This document shows, piece after piece, positions 59,709 to 64,000 of a stretch of 64,000 bases of DNA. The stretch is from the NCBI GenBank assembly GCA_018649885.1, contig JABIHA010000112.1, forward strand, positions 1 to 64,000, given 5' to 3'. The position numbers and the translations under genes are program-made. Numbering within the stretch: the stretch's first letter is position 1; every line of letters begins with the position of its first letter. The notes beneath the pieces were generated by a model. That model worked only from the letters and a program-made list of their open reading frames with translations, was not told the DNA's origin and ran no database searches. This stretch comes from Bacteriovoracaceae bacterium. Lineage in GTDB: Bacteria > Bdellovibrionota > Bacteriovoracia > Bacteriovoracales > Bacteriovoracaceae.

Positions 59709-60267
59709 GGCGGTTTTCCTTTGTGATGATGACATCTTTCAACTCTTCTTTGAAATTGAGGAGCCTCTCATTATCGATTAGACTTCTAGTGAAAATTCCA
59801 ATTAAGAGATTGAGTATTGTAGAGGCGTCTGACTGGTTTTTAAGTTCGAATATTTCTAAAATTGATCTCTCATATAGATCGATTGCATTTTTTAATAACG
59901 GGGTAAATAAATATTTATCATCTTGTTTAAATCTATTTGCATCGAGAAGAATTAAAACTGCATTTTGAAAGTATGAGGTTTTTGATTCAAGGAATTCAGA
60001 AAATATCTCTAATTTTTTTTGAGCATTGTAGTGACTTTCAATTTTTTTGAGAAGTTCCTTTGAATCATTCATGGCCATAACAAAGAGCATTTGAGAGTAA
60101 AGATCCTCTTTATTTTTAAAGTAATGATAAAGTGTTCCGGTTGTCATTCCCAACTTGAGAGCAAGGCTTCGCATGCTGAGTCCTATATACCCTTGGCGTG
60201 CAAAAAGGCTTACAGAGGCCCTCAGGATTTCGTTTTTTTGTAATTCGATGTTAATGATTTTAGGCAC
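59695..60267 (-). CDS. TetR/AcrR family transcriptional regulator
   Basis: HTH LF..QGY...SMR.LA..LG...GTLYHYF.NKE.L; GGAG SD. Confidence 0.92.
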   Translation of the reverse strand: MPKIINIELQKNEILRASVSLFARQGYIGLSMRSLALKLGMTTGTLYHYFKNKEDLYSQMLFVMAMNDSKELLKKIESHYNAQKKLEIFSEFLESKTSYFQNAVLILLDANRFKQDDKYLFTPLLKNAIDLYERSILEIFELKNQSDASTILNLLIGIFTRSLIDNERLLNFKEELKDVIITKENRHEFI

Positions 60268-60307
60268 TTATACTCCATAAGGGTGTGCGACTCACTACCT
60301 ATATAAT

Positions 60308-60321
60308 ATAACACTTGTTAT
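60308..60321. promoter_or_regulatory. Candidate TetR operator
   Basis: Palindrome ATAACA-CT-TGTTAT, 40 nt upstream of tetR in the divergent intergenic region. Confidence 0.45.
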
Positions 60322-60451
60322 GTATAAACTCAAAGCTATGAAAATGCTTCGGTAATGTATTGAAATTAAAAGGAAAAGACTTCCATCAAGGGAAGAGTTC
60401 GGCAAATTTAAGTAAAATAGGTGAATAATCGAAAAAGGTGAATATTCTCAT

Positions 60452-62764
60452 ATGCTAAATTCAACAAAAATTAGAGATAGATTTGTGGCCTCCTTACTAG
60501 ATCATCCATGGAGGTGGTTGTTTTTGCTGATTGGGCTGACTTTGTTTTGCGCTCTTGGAATTGCCAAAATTAAACAAGATTATTCTCCCAGGGTTTGGTT
60601 TGGAAAGAACCACGAAGAGATCATCAATCTAAACCAGTTTGAAAAATTATTCGGAAGTGATCAATCCATTGTCATCGGTGTTTACAATGAGAATGGGATT
60701 TTTAATGAGAAAACATTAAAAACTATTCAGGATATTTCTTGGGATATGGGTGGGCTCCCAGAGATTAGAAGAGTGGAGTCACTCTCAACTACAGTTGAGA
60801 TTAATTCAAAAGACGATGAGATTTTAATAAATAAGATTCTTCACAGCGGAGTTGATTACAGTAAAAATAGCATTGAGCAAATTAAAAAAAATGTAATGGG
60901 GAACAAAGATGTTATTGATATTTTTGTTTCACAAGATGCCAAGCTAACAGTTATCTATGGGTACTTAAATCCTTTTATTGGCAGAAACCCTGAATTTAAA
61001 CCAACAATTGATGGGGCGAGAGAATTAATAAAAAAATATCAAAAAAATAGTGATGATCAGTTTCACTTATCTGGAAATGCAACGGCGATTAGGGCATTTC
61101 AAGAAGTTGCCCAGGGCGATAATAAAAAGATTATTCCAATACTTCTATTTTCTATCATAATGGTTTTATTTTTAACTTTTAGAGGTTTCACCTCTATTTT
61201 TCTTCCCTTTGCACTTGTGGCCGTAACAGTACTTTCAACTATGGGTCTTATTGGTCATTTTGGTTTTATTTTTAATAGCTTGCTGTCAGCAACTCCAGCA
61301 ATCCTGCTTGCAATTTGTCTTGCAGATTCAGTCCATATTCTAAGTAAGTTTGTTCAAAATAAAACCAAGGGGATGAGCTCTAAAGATGCTATCGAAGGCT
61401 CCCTTAAAATCAACTTCGTACCCACTGTCTTAACTTCTATTTCTACCGCAATTAGCTTTTTTTCATTTTCACTTTCTGATATTCAGCCACTCAGCTCTCT
61501 TGGGATTGTAGCGGGGTGTGGGACAATTTTGGCCTGGCTGTACACTTATTTATTGATGGGGCCGTTTATCAAAATTGTTGGTCCGGTAATGGATAAATCA
61601 AGATTCTCTCCAAAGTTTAATGTTAAGTTTAAATTTGACTGGCGAGAGGGACTCACTAGATTTATTGAGAAAAATGCGCGATTAATTGTTTTAGCATTTT
61701 TTATACTATCAACTGTCAGTGTTTATTTCGCTCTTCAAAATGAAGTCAACTCTGATCCTCTCAAATATTTTTCAAATAAAGTTCCAGTGAAAAAAGCTTA
61801 TGATTTTATTAGCTCAAAATTTCAAGGGGTGAGATCGGTCAATCTTATGATTGATAGTGGTAGTGAAGGTGGTGTGAAAGACGCGGCATTCCTTACGAAA
61901 ATTGATGACTTTGTACATTGGGCCGAAACCGACCCAGATATTACACATGGTAGATCAATATTAGATGTGATCAAGAGAATGAATCAGGTTATTCACAACG
62001 ATGATCCAAAATTTTACCGTGTACCTGAGACCAGAGAGCAGACCAGTGAATTACTGCTCTTGTATTCAATGGGTCTTCCCCAGGGAAAAGATATAAATGA
62101 CTTGGTCTCAATTGATGAGAGATATATGAGAATTCATGTTCTCTGGAAAATTGAAACTACTAGAGATAGTGCTGAGAAATTCGATAAATTAATTAGTAAA
62201 GCAGGAACCATGGGAATTGACGCCAAGAAAGGTGGGAATATGGGTCTTCATGTCAGGATGAACACTATGATTGTGAAATCCTTTTTCAGATCTATGTCTA
62301 TTGCACTATTTCTTGTAGGGCTTTTAATTTTGGCCGTATTTAGAGATTTAAAAATCTCAATTATTGCTATGTTTCCAAATATTGTTCCTCTTTTTGTTGC
62401 TTTGGCATTAATTAAACTGACGGGTCAATTTCTTGATATTGGAACGAGTTTAGTTGCGAGTGTGTGCTTAGGTATAGCGGTAGATGACACAATACACTTT
62501 GTGACTAGTTATCAATTGGCACGAAAGGAAGGTCGAAATCCACTTGATTCGATAAATTTCACTTTTAAGGGTACGGGGGTTGCTCTTGTCATCACAACAG
62601 TATTACTCGTTTTAGGTTTTGGAAGTTTCGGATTTGCTGAATTTATTCCCAATAGAAACTTTGGAATTTTAAGTGCCATTGTTTTACTTTTTGCACTCAT
62701 TACAGATCTTTTACTTCTGCCAGCAATATTTTATCTAGTTGATCAAAAAAAAGGAAAAAACTAG
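60452..62764 (+). CDS. RND superfamily MMPL-type exporter
   Basis: Two repeats of TM + periplasmic loop + TM bundle; LADSVH and GIAVDDTIH motifs. Confidence 0.9.
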   Translation: MLNSTKIRDRFVASLLDHPWRWLFLLIGLTLFCALGIAKIKQDYSPRVWFGKNHEEIINLNQFEKLFGSDQSIVIGVYNENGIFNEKTLKTIQDISWDMGGLPEIRRVESLSTTVEINSKDDEILINKILHSGVDYSKNSIEQIKKNVMGNKDVIDIFVSQDAKLTVIYGYLNPFIGRNPEFKPTIDGARELIKKYQKNSDDQFHLSGNATAIRAFQEVAQGDNKKIIPILLFSIIMVLFLTFRGFTSIFLPFALVAVTVLSTMGLIGHFGFIFNSLLSATPAILLAICLADSVHILSKFVQNKTKGMSSKDAIEGSLKINFVPTVLTSISTAISFFSFSLSDIQPLSSLGIVAGCGTILAWLYTYLLMGPFIKIVGPVMDKSRFSPKFNVKFKFDWREGLTRFIEKNARLIVLAFFILSTVSVYFALQNEVNSDPLKYFSNKVPVKKAYDFISSKFQGVRSVNLMIDSGSEGGVKDAAFLTKIDDFVHWAETDPDITHGRSILDVIKRMNQVIHNDDPKFYRVPETREQTSELLLLYSMGLPQGKDINDLVSIDERYMRIHVLWKIETTRDSAEKFDKLISKAGTMGIDAKKGGNMGLHVRMNTMIVKSFFRSMSIALFLVGLLILAVFRDLKISIIAMFPNIVPLFVALALIKLTGQFLDIGTSLVASVCLGIAVDDTIHFVTSYQLARKEGRNPLDSINFTFKGTGVALVITTVLLVLGFGSFGFAEFIPNRNFGILSAIVLLFALITDLLLLPAIFYLVDQKKGKN

Positions 62765-62807
62765 TGCTTCGCCATCATCGGGAAAAACTTAATGGAGGGA
62801 GTACTAG
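62761..62807. terminator. Long hairpin between convergent genes
   Basis: CTAGTGCTTC/GGAGTACTAG outer stem with inner CCAT/ATGG. Confidence 0.4.
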
Positions 62808-62808
62808 A

Positions 62809-63579
62809 TTAAGATATTGCATAATCTTTAAGATGTAAGCAGCTTAAAGATCCATCTGCTTTGAGAAATTCCGAGAAATCAATTGTCTTAACACTGAGTC
62901 CTCGTTCTTTTAGAATTCGGAGTGTCTTTTGGTTTCCAGCTGGAATTAAAAAGTCGTTTCCATTAGATATTATATTGGCTGCAAGGGCTTCATCTAGAGG
63001 TATTTTTATGCATTCTTCCAGTTCATATAATGGGGAAAGAAAACTGATATTTTCAGTAGCAAAAATATAATCAGAGGTTGGACTTGAGCAGATACATTTC
63101 AAATGAAGAAATTTTGTTAACTTTACTGGAGTGGTGATGATTTTAAATTGTTTTAAAAATTCTGATGCCGCCTCAAACCCCGCACGGTTGGTTCTTTTGG
63201 ATATACCAATAAATGCCAGGTTTTTGTTAATGAGAATATCTCCCCCATCGAGAGTTGCGCCTTCAGGGAGCTCAGTAATTTCAATACCATTTTTTTCTAA
63301 GACGGATCTGGTTAACTCATTTTCGCCTTTTCTGGATTTTGCACCAATATTTGTAATGAGGGCCTGGTTTTTATACACAAGTGCTGTGTCCTCTATGAAG
63401 CAAGAATCAGGGTAATCAGTAATAGGAGGTAGTATTTTAACTTCCCTATTGCCCTCTTTTAAGAAGTTGGCATATTCCTCAAACTGCATTTTTGCTCTGC
63501 TCTTATTTATAACGGCGCCATCCATGGAAAGGGCCTTATCAAAACTAGTAGATGGTTCTCTCAAAAATATTTGCTTCAT
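62809..63579 (-). CDS. Dimethylarginine dimethylaminohydrolase (amidinotransferase superfamily)
   Basis: PDSCFIED, SRKGE, DGGD, S.RTN, LHLK, DGSLSC catalytic Cys; ATG 63579 with GGAG SD. Confidence 0.85.
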   Translation of the reverse strand: MKQIFLREPSTSFDKALSMDGAVINKSRAKMQFEEYANFLKEGNREVKILPPITDYPDSCFIEDTALVYKNQALITNIGAKSRKGENELTRSVLEKNGIEITELPEGATLDGGDILINKNLAFIGISKRTNRAGFEAASEFLKQFKIITTPVKLTKFLHLKCICSSPTSDYIFATENISFLSPLYELEECIKIPLDEALAANIISNGNDFLIPAGNQKTLRILKERGLSVKTIDFSEFLKADGSLSCLHLKDYAIS

Positions 63580-63589
63580 ATATTCTCCC

Positions 63590-64000
63590 TTACAAATCCT
63601 TAGCAGTAATCTCACTAAAATGGGTTGCTTTATTAAGGCCTAGATCGATGTTGTTTGTAACTACTCTCTGCATTGCCCATTTTGGTTTTAATGATTCAAC
63701 ACTAACCTTAATTTTTTTGTCAACTTTTGAGGTGAAAGTTATATGTGCGCATTGATATCCTTGTTTTCCATTTACCTCAGTGACCATATTACATTTAATT
63801 TCCCGAGGTAGTTTACCAAAACGTAAATCTGGAAGCGAGGGATTAAATTTCATCTTAAATATATTTTGATTCCAGACTTTGCGCTCCCCGGAAATTTCAC
63901 ACGGTCGGTTTTGATGACAACTAATTTCCCTAAGTTGGAGGTTGTGAGAAACTTTATTAAAAACAAATTGATATGAAGGAAAAGATTTTTTTGTTCTAAG
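63590..64000 (-). CDS. Hypothetical protein, C-terminal part (frame open to window edge)
   Basis: The 63590-63853 ORF frame has no stop up to 64000 (LRTKKSFPSYQ...NIFKMKFNP...). Confidence 0.55.
   Translation of the reverse strand, partial: LRTKKSFPSYQFVFNKVSHNLQLREISCHQNRPCEISGERKVWNQNIFKMKFNPSLPDLRFGKLPREIKCNMVTEVNGKQGYQCAHITFTSKVDKKIKVSVESLKPKWAMQRVVTNNIDLGLNKATHFSEITAKDL

Overview
AT-rich bacterial chromosome segment. Gene content (RomR-like regulator, TadC/FHA cluster, sigma54 and sigma32-type promoters) suggests a predatory Bdellovibrionota such as Bacteriovoracaceae; this is an inference. 1-14.2 kb: 3' end of tuf and the S10-spc-alpha ribosomal protein cluster, including rpmJ (missed by the ORF track) and lacking rpsD and map. 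14.2-33 kb: TlpA and GFA proteins, a PocR-like sigma54 activator, a propionyl-CoA carboxylase/hflKC/methylmalonyl-CoA mutase operon, a gene that seems to start at ATC, an M16 protease, a secreted pentapeptide-repeat protein behind a sigma54 promoter, and a metzincin. 33-45.7 kb: hemW-grpE-dnaK-dnaJ, an LpoA-like lipoprotein, an unannotated 34-aa basic ORF, a divergent hpt, amn, an orphan mreB, a PilZ protein and a NagZ homolog lacking its catalytic His. 45.8-54.3 kb: tadC, DUF192, three FHA membrane proteins, PP2C and romR, a candidate predation signalling locus. 54.3-64 kb: birA, rph, rdgB, tRNA-Pro(TGG) followed by two structured repeats with a 186-nt period, then accessory genes (PaiB-like, GNAT, ogt, diiron protein, TetR, MMPL, DDAH). 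No CRISPR array, integrase or transposase was seen.
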